A stretch of 63,780 bases of DNA, the filler included, from Nemertoderma westbladi (lineage: Eukaryota > Animalia > Xenacoelomorpha): NCBI GenBank assembly GCA_032718475.1. It is 4 parts of 4 records of this genome, joined end to end, with 100 filler letters (N's around TTAATTAATTAA, not from the genome) between each part and the next. Parts side by side here need not be neighbours in the genome. Positions count along the whole stretch, not along the records: positions 1 to 19,893 come from JAUCBJ010007138.1; positions 19,994 to 42,859 come from JAUCBJ010008957.1; 2 more parts are not named here. One strand, 5' to 3'. The notes under the pieces are model-generated. The model was not told the DNA's origin. It worked only from the letters and a program-made list of their open reading frames with translations, and did not search any database. Each line of letters begins with the position of its first letter. Within the stretch, counting starts at the first letter, position 1. The position numbers were made by a program, and so were the translations under genes. Of this stretch, positions 13,901 through 26,329 are shown piece by piece.

Positions 13901-16900
13901 AACCGCTTAGTGTTAGTGAAAAGTTCATAGTGACACTAACGTACACCACCCTAACAGCTCTTACCGTTGCACCAAGCTCCACTAACCGCTTAGTGTTAGT
14001 GAAAAGTTCTTAGTGACACTAACGTACACCACCCTAACAGCTCTTACCGTTGCACCAAGCTCCACTAACCGCTTAGTGTTAGTGAAACGTTCTTAGTGAC
14101 ACTAACGTACACCACCCTAACAGCTCTTACCGTTGCACCAAGCTCCACTAACGGCTTAGTGTTAGTGAAAAGTTCTTAGTGACACTAACGTACACCATCC
14201 TAACAGCTCTTACCGTTGCACCAAGCTCCACTAACCGCTTAGTGTTAGTGAAACGTTCTTAGTGACACTAACGTACACCACCCTAACAGCTCTTACCGTT
14301 GCACCAAGCTCCACTAACCGCTTAGTGTTAGTGAAAAGTTCTTAGTGACACTAACGTACACCACCCTAACAGCTCTTACCGTTGCACCAAGCTCCACTAA
14401 CCGCTTAGTGTTAGTGAAAAGTTCTTAGTGACACTAACGTACACCACCCTAACAGCTCTTACCGTTGCACCAAGCTCCACTAACCGCTTAGTGTTAGTGA
14501 AAAGTTCTTAGTGACACTAACGTACACCACCCTAACAGCTCTTACCGTTGCACCAAGCTCCACTAACCGCTTAGTGTTAGTGAAAAGTTCTTAGTGACAC
14601 TAACGTACACCACCCTAACAGCTCTTACCGTTGCACCAAGCTCCACTAACCGCTTAGTGTTAGTGAAAAGTTCTTAGTGACACTAACGTACACCACCCTA
14701 ACAGCTCTTACCGTTGCACCAAGCTCCACTAACCGCTTAGTGTTAGTGAAAAGTTCTTAGTGACACTAACGTACACCACCCTAACAGCTCTTACCGTTGC
14801 ACCAAGCTCCACTAACCGCTTAGTGTTAGTGAAAAGTTCTTAGTGACACTAACGTACACCACCCTAACAGCTCTTACCGTTGCACCAAGCTCCACTAACC
14901 GCTTAGTGTTAGTGAAAAGTTCTTAGTGACACTAACGTACACCACCCTAACAGCTCTTACCGTTGCACCAAGCTCCACTAACCGCTTAGTGTTAGTGAAA
15001 AGTTCTTAGTGACACTAACGTACACCACCCTAACAGCTCTTACCGTTGCACCAAGCTCCACTAACCGCTTAGTGTTAGTGAAAAGTTCTTAGTGACACTA
15101 ACGTACACCACCCTAACAGCTCTTACCGTTGCACCAAGCTCCACTAACCGCTTAGTGTTAGTGAAAAGTTCTTAGTGACACTAACGTACACCACCCTAAC
15201 AGCTCTTACCGTTGCACCAAGCTCCACTAACCGCTTAGTGTTAGTGAAAAGTTCTTAGTGACACTAACGTACACCACCCTAACAGCTCTTACCGTTGCAC
15301 CAAGCTCCACTAACCGCTTAGTGTTAGTGAAAAGTTCTTAGTGACACTAACGTACACCACCCTAACAGCTCTTACCGTTGCACCAAGCTCCACTAACCGC
15401 TTAGTGTTAGTGAAAAGTTCTTAGTGACACTAACGTACACCACCCTAACAGCTCTTACCGTTGCACCAAGCTCCACTAACCGCTTAGTGTTAGTGAAAAG
15501 TTCTTAGTGACACTAACGTACACCACCCTAACAGCTCTTACCGTTGCACCAAGCTCCACTAACCGCTTAGTGTTAGTGAAAAGTTCTTAGTGACACTAAC
15601 GTACACCACCCTAACAGCTCTTACCGTTGCACCAAGCTCCACTAACCGCTTAGTGTTAGTGAAAAGTTCTTAGTGACACTAACGTACACCACCCTAACAG
15701 CTCTTACCGTTGCACCAAGCTCCACTAACCGCTTAGTGTTAGTGAAAAGTTCTTAGTGACACTAACGTACACCACCCTAACAGCTCTTACCGTTGCACCA
15801 AGCTCCACTAACCGCTTAGTGTTAGTGAAAAGTTCTTAGTGACACTAACGTACACCACCCTAACAGCTCTTACCGTTGCACCAAGCTCCACTAACCGCTT
15901 AGTGTTAGTGAAAAGTTCTTAGTGACACTAACGTACACCACCCTAACAGCTCTTACCGTTGCACCAAGCTCCACTAACCGCTTAGTGTTAGTGAAAAGTT
16001 CTTAGTGACACTAACGTACACCACCCTAACAGCTCTTACCGTTGCACCAAGCTCCACTAACCGCTTAGTGTTAGTGAAAAGTTCTTAGTGACACTAACGT
16101 ACACCACCCTAACAGCTCTTACCGTTGCACCAAGCTCCACTAACCGCTTAGTGTTAGTGAAAAGTTCTTAGTGACACTAACGTACACCACCCTAACAGCT
16201 CTTACCGTTGCACCAAGCTCCACTAACCGCTTAGTGTTAGTGAAAAGTTCTTAGTGACACTAACGTACACCACCCTAACAGCTCTTACCGTTGCACCAAG
16301 CTCCACTAACCGCTTAGTGTTAGTGAAAAGTTCTTAGTGACACTAACGTACACCACCCTAACAGCTCTTACCGTTGCACCAAGCTCCACTAACCGCTTAG
16401 TGTTAGTGAAAAGTTCTTAGTGACACTAACGTACACCACCCTAACAGCTCTTACCGTTGCACCAAGCTCCACTAACCGCTTAGTGTTAGTGAAAAGTTCT
16501 TAGTGACACTAACGTACACCACCCTAACAGCTCTTACCGTTGCACCAAGCTCCACTAACCGCTTAGTGTTAGTGAAAAGTTCTTAGTGACACTAACGTAC
16601 ACCACCCTAACAGCTCTTACCGTTGCACCAAGCTCCACTAACCGCTTAGTGTTAGTGAAAAGTTCTTAGTGACACTAACGTACACCACCCTAACAGCTCT
16701 TACCGTTGCACCAAGCTCCACTAACCGCTTAGTGTTAGTGAAAAGTTCTTAGTGACACTAACGTACACCACCCTAACAGCTCTTACCGTTGCACCAAGCT
16801 CCACTAACCGCTTAGTGTTAGTGAAAAGTTCTTAGTGACACTAACGTACACCACCCTAACAGCTCTTACCGTTGCACCAAGCTCCACTAACCGCTTAGTG

Positions 16901-19893
16901 TTAGTGAAAAGTTCTTAGTGACACTAACGTACACCACCCTAACAGCTCTTACCGTTGCACCAAGCTCCACTAACCGCTTAGTGTTAGTGAAAAGTTCTTA
17001 GTGACACTAACGTACACCACCCTAACAGCTCTTACCGTTGCACCAAGCTCCACTAACCGCTTAGTGTTAGTGAAAAGTTCTTAGTGACACTAACGTACAC
17101 CACCCTAACAGCTCTTACCGTTGCACCAAGCTCCACTAACCGCTTAGTGTTAGTGAAAAGTTCTTAGTGACACTAACGTACACCACCCTAACAGCTCTTA
17201 CCGTTGCACCAAGCTCCACTAACCGCTTAGTGTTAGTGAAAAGTTCTTAGTGACACTAACGTACACCACCCTAACAGCTCTTACCGTTGCACCAAGCTCC
17301 ACTAACCGCTTAGTGTTAGTGAAAAGTTCTTAGTGACACTAACGTACACCACCCTAACAGCTCTTACCGTTGCACCAAGCTCCACTAACCGCTTAGTGTT
17401 AGTGAAAAGTTCTTAGTGACACTAACGTACACCACCCTAACAGCTCTTACCGTTGCACCAAGCTCCACTAACCGCTTAGTGTTAGTGAAAAGTTCTTAGT
17501 GACACTAACGTACACCACCCTAACAGCTCTTACCGTTGCACCAAGCTCCACTAACCGCTTAGTGTTAGTGAAAAGTTCTTAGTGACACTAACGTACACCA
17601 CCCTAACAGCTCTTACCGTTGCACCAAGCTCCACTAACCGCTTAGTGTTAGTGAAAAGTTCTTAGTGACACTAACGTACACCACCCTAACAGCTCTTACC
17701 GTTGCACCAAGCTCCACTAACCGCTTAGTGTTAGTGAAAAGTTCTTAGTGACACTAACGTACACCACCCTAACAGCTCTTACCGTTGCACCAAGCTCCAC
17801 TAACCGCTTAGTGTTAGTGAAAAGTTCTTAGTGACACTAACGTACACCACTCCTAACAGCTCTTACCGTTGCACCAAGCTCCACTAACCGCTTAGTGTTA
17901 GTGAAAAGTTCTTAGTGACACTAACGTACACCACCCTAACAGCTCTTACCGTTGCACCAAGCTCCACTAACCGCTTAGTGTTAGTGAAAAGTTCTTAGTG
18001 ACACTAACGTACACCACTCCTAACAGCTCTTACCGTTGCACCAAGCTCCACTAACCGCTTAGTGTTAGTGAAAAGTTCTTAGTGACACTAACGTACACCA
18101 CCCTAACAGCTCTTACCGTTGCACCAAGCTCCACTAACCGCTTAGTGTTAGTGAAAAGTTCTTAGTGACACTAACGTACACCACCCTAACAGCTCTTACC
18201 GTTGAACCAAGCTCCACTAACCGCTTATTGTTAGTGAAAAGTTCTTATTGACACTAACGTACACCACCCTAACAGCTCTTACCGTTGCACCAAGCTCCAC
18301 TAACCGCTTAGTGTTAGTGAAAAGTTCTTAGTGACACTAACGTACACCACCCTAACAGCTCTTACCGTTGCACCAAGCTCCACTAACCGCTTATTGTTAG
18401 TGAAAAGTTCTTATTGACACTAACGTACACCACCCTAACAGCTCTTACCGTTGCACCAAGCTCCACTAACCGCTTAGTGTTAGTGAAAAGTTCTTAGTGA
18501 CACTAACGTACACCACCCTAACGCTCTCACCGTTGCACCAAGCTCCACTAACCGCTTATTGTTAGTGAAAAGTTCTTATTGACACTAACGTACACCACCC
18601 TAACAGCTCTTACCGTTGCACCAAGCTCCACTAACCGCTTAGTGTTAGTGAAAAGTTCTTAGTGACACTAACGTACACCACCCTAACAGCTCTTACCGTT
18701 GCACCAAGGTCCACTAACCGCTTAGTGTTAGTGAAAAGTTCTTAGTGACACTAACGTACACTACCCTAACAGCTCTTACCGTTGCACCAAGCTCCACTAA
18801 CCGCTTAGTGTTAGTGAAAAGTTCTTAGTGACACTAACGTACACCACTCTAACAGCTCTTACCGTTGCACCAAGCTCCACTAACCGCTTAGTGTTAGTGA
18901 AAAGTTCATAGTGACACTAACGTACACCACCCTAACAGCTCTTACCGTTGCACCAAGCTCCACTAACTGCTTAGTGTTAGTGAAAAGTTCTTAGTGACAC
19001 TAACGTACACCACCCTAACATCTCTTACCGTTGCACCAAGGTCCACTAACCGCTTAGTGTTAGTGAAAAGTTCTTAGTGACACTAACGTACACCACCCTA
19101 ACAGCTCTTACCGTTGCACCAAGGTCCACTAACCGCTTAGTGTTAGTGAAAAGTTCTTAGTGACACTAACGTACACCACCCTAACAGCTCTTACCGTTGC
19201 ACCAAGCTCCACTAACCGCTTAGTGTTAGTGAAAAGTTCTTAGTGACACTAACGTACACCACCCTAACAGCTCTTACCGTTGCACCAAGCTCCACTAACC
19301 GCTTAGTGTTAGTGAAAAGTTCTTAGTGACACTAACGTACACCACCCTAACAGCTCTTACTGTTGCACCAAGCTCCACTAACCGCTTAGTGTTAGTGAAA
19401 AGTTCTTAGTAACGTACACCACCCTAACAGCTCTTACCGTTGCACCAAGGTCCACTAACTGCTTAGTGTTAGTGAAAAGTTCTTAGTGACACTAACGTAC
19501 ACCACCCTAACAGCTCTTACCGTTGCACCAAGCTCCACTAACCGCTTAGTGTTAGTGAAAAGTTCTTAGTGACACTAACGTACACCATCCTAACAGCTCT
19601 TACCGTTGCACCAAGGTCCACTAACTGCTTAGTGTTAGTGAAAAGTTCTTAGTGACACTAACGTACACCACTCTAACAGCTCTTACCGTTGCACCAAGCT
19701 CCACTAACCGCTTAGTGTTAGTGAAAAGTTCATAGTGACACTAACGTACACCACCCTAACAGCTCTTACCGTTGCACCAAGCTCCACTAACTGCTTAGTG
19801 TTAGTGAAAAGTTCTTAGTGACACTAACGTACACCACCCTAACATCTCTTACCGTTGCACCAAGGTCCACTAACCGCTTAGTGTTAGTGAAAA
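1971..19893. repeat. Satellite array, 83-bp monomer, ~216 copies, running into a gap
   Basis: Consensus CCGTTGCACCAAGCTCCACTAACCGCTTAGTGTTAGTGAAAAGTTCTTAGTGACACTAACGTACACCACCCTAACAGCTCTTA, head-to-tail with no spacers. Occasional 77-bp units have GACACT deleted. No ORFs in the track. Confidence 0.98.
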
Positions 19894-19993
19894 NNNNNNN
19901 NNNNNNNNNNNNNNNNNNNNNNNNNNNNNNNNNNNNNTTAATTAATTAANNNNNNNNNNNNNNNNNNNNNNNNNNNNNNNNNNNNNNNNNNNN
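19894..19993. other. Assembly linker (N44-TTAATTAATTAA-N44)
   Basis: Six-frame stop spacer inside N runs, identical at three places. Confidence 0.97.
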
Positions 19994-20686
19994 TTGGGAT
20001 TGGGACTGTAGTTATCAATTTTTATAAGTATTTTTGTTCTAGCAAGCGACACTTTTTTTTTTATCCCAGAACACATTTATTTGTTCCAGAACACATTTTG
20101 TTTTTCTAGAACACATTTTTTTTATACTAGCTATGGAAGAACTTCAACTGGAATAATCATAACAGACATTTAATCACTTCATATCAATATCTGCTATTAA
20201 GCAACTATGAAAAAATTCATGATGATCACATATATTTTAGTAAATATCCTCAAATTTTTAATTCCTATTATTATTCGTTTTTTCAAACTCTGAATAATAT
20301 TTATAGGCCTGCTATTAATTAACCCCTTCCTGGATGGAGCGTACTACTGTACAATCTCCCATATATGCGCCACGGCCTAGACCGTACATGGTACGCTACT
20401 ATTTATTAACGGTTTTATGGGTGCACTACAGTTCCAGGTCTAATGTCTACGTATGTAACCTGAATTACATTAGGACTACAGCGCACTTAAAATGTAGTTT
20501 TACATAAGCCTAAAATAATATTGAACTGCCTGGAGGTACAGTAATAATAAAGCAAGCTGTACTAGGGCTTAGGCTAAGGCTACAAACAAATGATACAAAC
20601 AAATTTGCTATCGCTGTGCCTACTCTTCTGTTTTACTTGCAGTACTATGCACTATATGTTGGGGTACTAGTGTGTTATAGGTACGG

Positions 20687-21518
20687 TACACCCCCCTCAA
20701 ATTTTTTTTACCAGCTAGTTTTTGCTATTTCTTTTTATGAAATGTTCTAGAATATGAGATACATTTGAAAAAAAATAATAAAATGTTCTAGAACAAACAT
20801 TTTTTGTTCTAGAACAAATTTTAAAAAAGCTTACAAATTTTATTTTTTGTTAGTTGTGTTTTATTTTATGTCAAGGAAATTGAATTTTCTAGAATATTCG
20901 AATTTCTACAACCAAGATTGCTTACACATAAATAATGACTGATTTCAGTATAGCGGAATTGTGTAAGAACTTAATGTGTGAGGAAAGTGCAATTTTGCTC
21001 TGTTGGATTTGATCAGAAAATATTACCGCTGTCTGCTAAATAATAAATATTATACAGTATACGTACCGGTATTCTAAGCATATCATTAATTTCTGAATAT
21101 TATAATGACCTCAATACAGTTACTTTTTTAATTTTAAATGGCTATTAATCTTGCCAGCAATGATTAAAAATTATATGAAACAAATTCTAAATAAAATAAA
21201 AAAAAATTTTTTTTAGATTTTTTGAACTGTTATGGAACAAAAACTATTTGTTCTAGAACTTTTTTTTTCTAGTTCTGAATAGCTAACATGTTCTAGAACA
21301 TTATTAAAAAATAAAAATAGTACATTAATATTTTTAATTTTTATTAAATTTTTATTATATTTTCTAGCTTTGATAAAAACAAAAAAACCGAATTGATTAA
21401 TTTTGTTCTAGAACAACAATTATTTCTTATAGAAAAAAATAATAGACAATATGTTCTAGAACTTTTTTTAAAAAAGTATCAAAAACTAGCTAGTAAAAAA
21501 TTTTGGGTGGGTGTGCCC
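20687..21518. mobile_element. Foldback/MITE-like element rich in TGTTCTAGAACA palindromes
   Basis: GTACACCCCCCTCAAATTTTTTTACCAGCTAGTTTTTG at the left is an imperfect inverted copy of AAAAACTAGCTAGTAAAAAATTTTGGGTGGGTGTGCCC at the right. Confidence 0.55.
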
Positions 21519-22447
21519 AAAACAAAGTAGTATCAACTTCGAAACCTTCTTCAATTTTTGAGCAATTAGTCTGAAAATTTTTGTGGGTGTCTAAATAGCA
21601 ACCCTGCATAAGTAACTGCAACTTTTTGAAATTTTCGTTACTAAAATTTATTACTATTTATAACAAACCTAGAAAATAACATAAATTTGCAGAGCCACCT
21701 AGCGTCCCAGAATGATTTTCACGAAATTTAGCCTGATAGGTTTGTTGCCCCATCCTTGGTGTATCATATAAAAAACTTTAATGTGATACATGCAAAAAAG
21801 TAAAACCTTAGGGTTTTAGGCTTTAGTATAGCCCGGATTACCATTTTGCAAGATTTTTTAAAATATAAATTTTTTTATGGTTTTTGTAGATTAATTTCAT
21901 GTTAAATAAATGTTCACTAAACATCTTTTTTCTAAATTCTAAAAATTTATTTTCCAATAAAAAATTCCTGAAATTTTTGTTCTAGAACATGTAGCTATTT
22001 ATTTTATCAACAATTATTGATGAAATAATATGAAATCCTTTCATAATTTCCAAAAAAACCCAATTCTGGTCTTGATTTAACCATTATTGGTTGATATTAG
22101 ATATTTATAGCTAATGTTCTAGAACATACATTTTTTATTGAAAAACATTTAGGAGAGGAGGTAAAGGGCACAGCACAATACGGAAGTGCCTTATAACTTG
22201 GGAGAGGAGGACACCATTTGCACCACACATGTTGGGATGTGTGGAGCGGTTAGTCCGTAGTGCCAAACGGCTAATGACAACGCTCCTTAACAACCATGTG
22301 GTGACGGAGGATATACTAAGAACATATACCTAAGAGGCACTCTTACAGTTTGCCGTGCCATCTATATATATTCAATATAATTATATTTAGATTGTAATAT
22401 AGGCCTACTCTACGTACAATTACATTTTGTTAAGTTTAAATTTCTTA

Positions 22448-22880
22448 TACTAGCTAGTTTTTGTTCCTTTTTTTTGAAATGTTCTAGAACATATTATCTA
22501 TTCATTTAATATAAAAATGTTGTACTAGAACAAATATTTTTGTTCTAGAACAAAAAAATAGCAATAGCTAATTTGTAAATTTTTTTAATTTTTTATTGTA
22601 TGTTATTTTTGTATAAATTTTTTATACTAGCTTGTTTTTGTTTCTTTTTTGTTTAAATGTTCTAGAACATATTATGTATTCATTTAATAAAAAAATGTTG
22701 TTCTAGAACAAATATTTTTTTTCTAGAAGCTCTAGCTAATGTGTTAATTTTTTTTAACTTTAAAATTGCATGTTATCTTTGTATAAATTTTTTGTACTAG
22801 CTAGTTTTTGTTACTTTTTTTTAATGTTCTACAACATATTTTCTATTTATTTATTATATTATTTTGTTCTAGAACAAATA
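22448..22880. repeat. ~175-bp degenerate tandem repeat (about 2.5 copies) of the TTCTAGAA-rich module
   Basis: TACTAGCTWGTTTTTGTT recurs at ~22448, 22625 and 22795, each followed by ATGTTCTAGAACATATT-like sequence. Confidence 0.7.
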
Positions 22881-22929
22881 TTTTAAGATCATTTTATTAT
22901 ATAAAAAAAATTGCTATAATGGCATGGCA

Positions 22930-23355
22930 AAGTGTAAGAGTCTCGAACAAGAACAGTGCTGGAGTGGTGCGAGTAGGTGACCAACAGCAGACTGCTATGA
23001 CCCTTGAATGATTACCCAGAGTCCTTGGAGGCTCTGCCACTTGCGCACCGAAGGAGAGGCCAGTTGAGGTCAATATGCAATATATCGATATGGACGATAT
23101 ATACGAGAAGCAGAGTTGGAAGGTGGCCAACACGATTGGAACAGATTACTGGGAGAGGTGGCTCCAAGAGTACCTACCAATACTACATAAGTGAAGCAAC
23201 TGGAAAGAGAACCATAGGGAAGAGGATAAGGAAGCGCGATTTGATTATAGTGACGGATGTCACCATCATCGATACTCAATGGAGGTTAGCCAGATTAGTA
23301 GAAGGCTACCCTGGAGAGGATATGAAGGTGAGATCCGTGGAATTCAGGATCAGTG
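22930..23355 (+). mobile_element. BEL/Pao LTR retrotransposon integrase C-terminal region (DUF5641-like), degenerate
   Basis: WERWLQEYLPILHK*SNW, then in another frame DLIIVTD..QWRLARLVEGYPGEDMKVRSVEFRI. Confidence 0.8.
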
Positions 23356-23379
23356 GGAGGATTGGGGCAAAAGATAGGA

Positions 23380-25430
23380 AGACATACATGGGGCAGTGGG
23401 AAAGTCGCTGCATGGCAATAATAAATTTTGTCATCGGCAAACGGCCTGGAGTTCGACCAATTTTAGCCTCTACCACCATGACAGATTTTACCACAGAATG
23501 TCGAGCCGACCAGCTATGTGCCAGAGTCAAAGCTGGTGTAGAAAGCGCTGTTCATGCGATGATGAAGCTATGATGAACCAACTATAGCGTGTATGTTTCT
23601 CGTAGATATAAAGAACACCTTCAACAGTATTATCTGACCAGAAACCCTATGACAAACCAAACAAACAAACCTACTGAACCATGCCCTGATGAAAGTCGAC
23701 GGGCCCAACAGGCGAACCGCACACAACAGCAAGGGAGTCTGCATCACAACCATCGAGCGCGCTGGAAGTACAGGCTTTGCAGATAACAGCTTTGACAAAT
23801 CCAGCACTGACGAGTTCTTCTCCGATGAACCTGAACCCAAACCCGAACCCTTTCAGGATAAACCTGATCTCAACGAACATGCTGATGAACCCAGCTCCAC
23901 CAATGAACAATGTCCCTTTACTGAACTCAGTCCCATTGTCGAACCTGGTACATTTGAACCCGTACCTAATCCACCAGGTACCAATCACCAATGCTGGTTT
24001 GTAGACGATGCATCCGCTGCTGGCAGCCTTATCACTGCTCAGAAGAGGTGGAACGAGCTATTGCTCCAAGGTTTACTTGGTGGTGAATCCAGAATATATA
24101 GACCTGGCCCATGAGCTGTTCAGCGATAGTGGGTTTCAAATAAATGCAAACCAGTCCAGCCGACGAGTTGCTCCTCCTCCCAGTCCGACATGGTGGTATC
24201 GGCATCCGTGACACACTACTGCACCATGAACCTGCACAAGAGCCTTCAGTTACAGGGACTGAGAAAGTAGTGGAGACTATACTATCCGGGCATCCACTAA
24301 GCGTAGCAGACAATAAGGTGCTACTCAATTCTGCACTGGTTGAAAGTCGTTTCAAACAAGACACCATATTATACAATGAGAGAAAGGAATCCGCCCTACA
24401 TTCGGTTCCAATTTCCCACATCTATACCATAACTTGGACAACCCAACACAAATGCTCAGATCTTTATAGATATATAAAAATTTCCCATCTCTGAATCAAT
24501 ATAGCAATAATCAGGCTTAGCTTAACTACACTTACTGGTACTGAATCAGTCAGTACCATGTTACATTCAGACTGTTATATATATAAGACAATAAGACAAC
24601 CGGTACCCAACACCACAGTACAGCACATACAGACATAGTCTTTTATAAGGGTCCTTAGATCCTTAAAGCCACCACCACAGTTGGCTGTCGGCACAACCAT
24701 CAGTTGCCAACCACACTGATCTAGACCCGGTGGTGTTCCGAGACAACCTGGCACTCCATTATGTTTTGACACCCCCAGACCTCCCAGTGAGAGTTTTAGA
24801 GAATTTTACTACAACCCACGCCCTAAGCTGCAAGTCGGGAGGCTTTATCATAAAGCGATACGATGAAATGACAACAGTGAACTCCTAGCATTTGATTTTG
24901 GTTTGGCCTGTATGGAGCAGGAGGTCACTTAAGCATCAGGCAATCTGGACTGGAATTGGCGCATGGTGGGGTAATCAGGCCGGATTTGATGGCAAGGGGT
25001 GTCTGGGCAAACCAGAGGACAGCGTCTTTTGACAATGCGGTTTTAAATGCCGTCGCCAACTCTTATTCCTATACCACTGCGTCTCTCCTTGAGTCCCTCC
25101 TGGTGCAGAGCCTGCGGGTGAAGAAGATGCACTACCAGGATGCATGCGAAGATCGCAGGATCTCATTTACCCCCCTTGTTGGCAGGACTGATGGGGTGTG
25201 GTATAAAGAGGCAGAAATCCCTCTTCATCCATATCGCCGATGTGCTTGTAGTGAGGCAGGCAGTAAGGAGAGAGCGCGGTCTTGCATACATCCTGGGAGG
25301 TATCTGCAGGAGGCCACAGTTCGCCTTGCTCCACTCAAACTTATTGTGCCTGCAGGGTGGATGAACCTGGGATTCGGGGATGGCGCAGATCTCCATGGAG
25401 CCGGCCACTCCACAGAATGCTAAAACTAAC
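23380..25430 (+). mobile_element. CRE-like RLE-type non-LTR retrotransposon, fragmented with internal insertions
   Basis: GVRPI..QLCARVKAGVESAVHAM; QCWFVDDASAAGSL; LLLPVRHGGIGI; C-terminal RLE RPDLMARGVW..ASFD..KKMHY..FTPLV..DG. Confidence 0.8.
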
Positions 25431-26329
25431 AAATTACAATCATGAGCTAACTTAGGTCAGCTGGTGGTGGTATAAAATTTGGTGCAATTTTGAAAATTTT
25501 TAGTTTTGCTTTGTTTAGTTTTCTTTATTTCAAATTTATTATTGTGATTTTATTAACATTTATTCCAGCTTGCTTATAAGACTTTTATGACCCCCATGTA
25601 ATAAAACGAGTAATAAAGAGATTCTGTTAATAAAAAAAAAAAATAATATAAATAAGTACACATGAAGAAATTACATATGTGATGCCATAGATAGAGTGTA
25701 GTATGGATTGATAATAATCTACCAAGGATCAAACTTATATACATATACGATTAGAAGATTACTTACATACTTGATGCCATGATGGAGTGTACTATCGAAG
25801 GATTATAAATAATAGGACATAGGTTCTGTTGTGGGCACTGAGGGTGCCACATGAGAAATTAGAGGGAATAAGAAGACATATAGTGGAGTAGATGGTGTAG
25901 ACCATATAAGCGATAGTAGTCTAGCTTAGGAGATACAGATATACAATTTACTTACAGGCCCAGTCGACTGGCTGGAGGAAAGCTAGTACAACAAAGGGTT
26001 ATAGAAATAATTGTAGCTAGTATTTTCTGTAAGTATACAATACGTAGTGTGGTAGGACCTATAAGGTAGTTAATGAAGCGATACTTAATAAGTAACAAAA
26101 ATGTAGAATAATATGAATTATTTATGTGATGAAAAGGTAGCAACTAGAAAACTAAAATTCTAGAAATGTAGTTAAAAGTAATGGAAAATTGCCAATTAGT
26201 GTAGAAAATCATGCCACTGCAATTTAATTCAGATAAAATTACAGAAATTAGATGAAAACAGAAATTAGGCCATCTCATCTCAGAGAGCTTACTAAGGCAC
26301 CAACCACCAGTCTGTTGAGACGACACGAT

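Noticed and set aside
1-19893. CRISPR array, or an RT-plus-repeat-array system
   Set aside because: Units are head-to-tail with no unique spacers and there are no cas genes. The nearby RT is an ordinary eukaryotic RTE-like LINE end with other copies in the window that are unlinked to the array.
1971-19893. True telomeric repeat or coding repeat
   Set aside because: Only one CCCTAA per 83 bp, not tandem. The ORF track shows no ORFs across the array.
19938-19949. TTAATTAATTAA as a biological motif (also 42904 and 55810)
   Set aside because: It is an artificial six-frame stop linker embedded in fixed-length N runs.
23575-23985. Pro/Glu-rich ORF as a novel gene
   Set aside because: It sits between two halves of a CRE-like RT and is probably a decayed TE fragment. 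No convincing motif.
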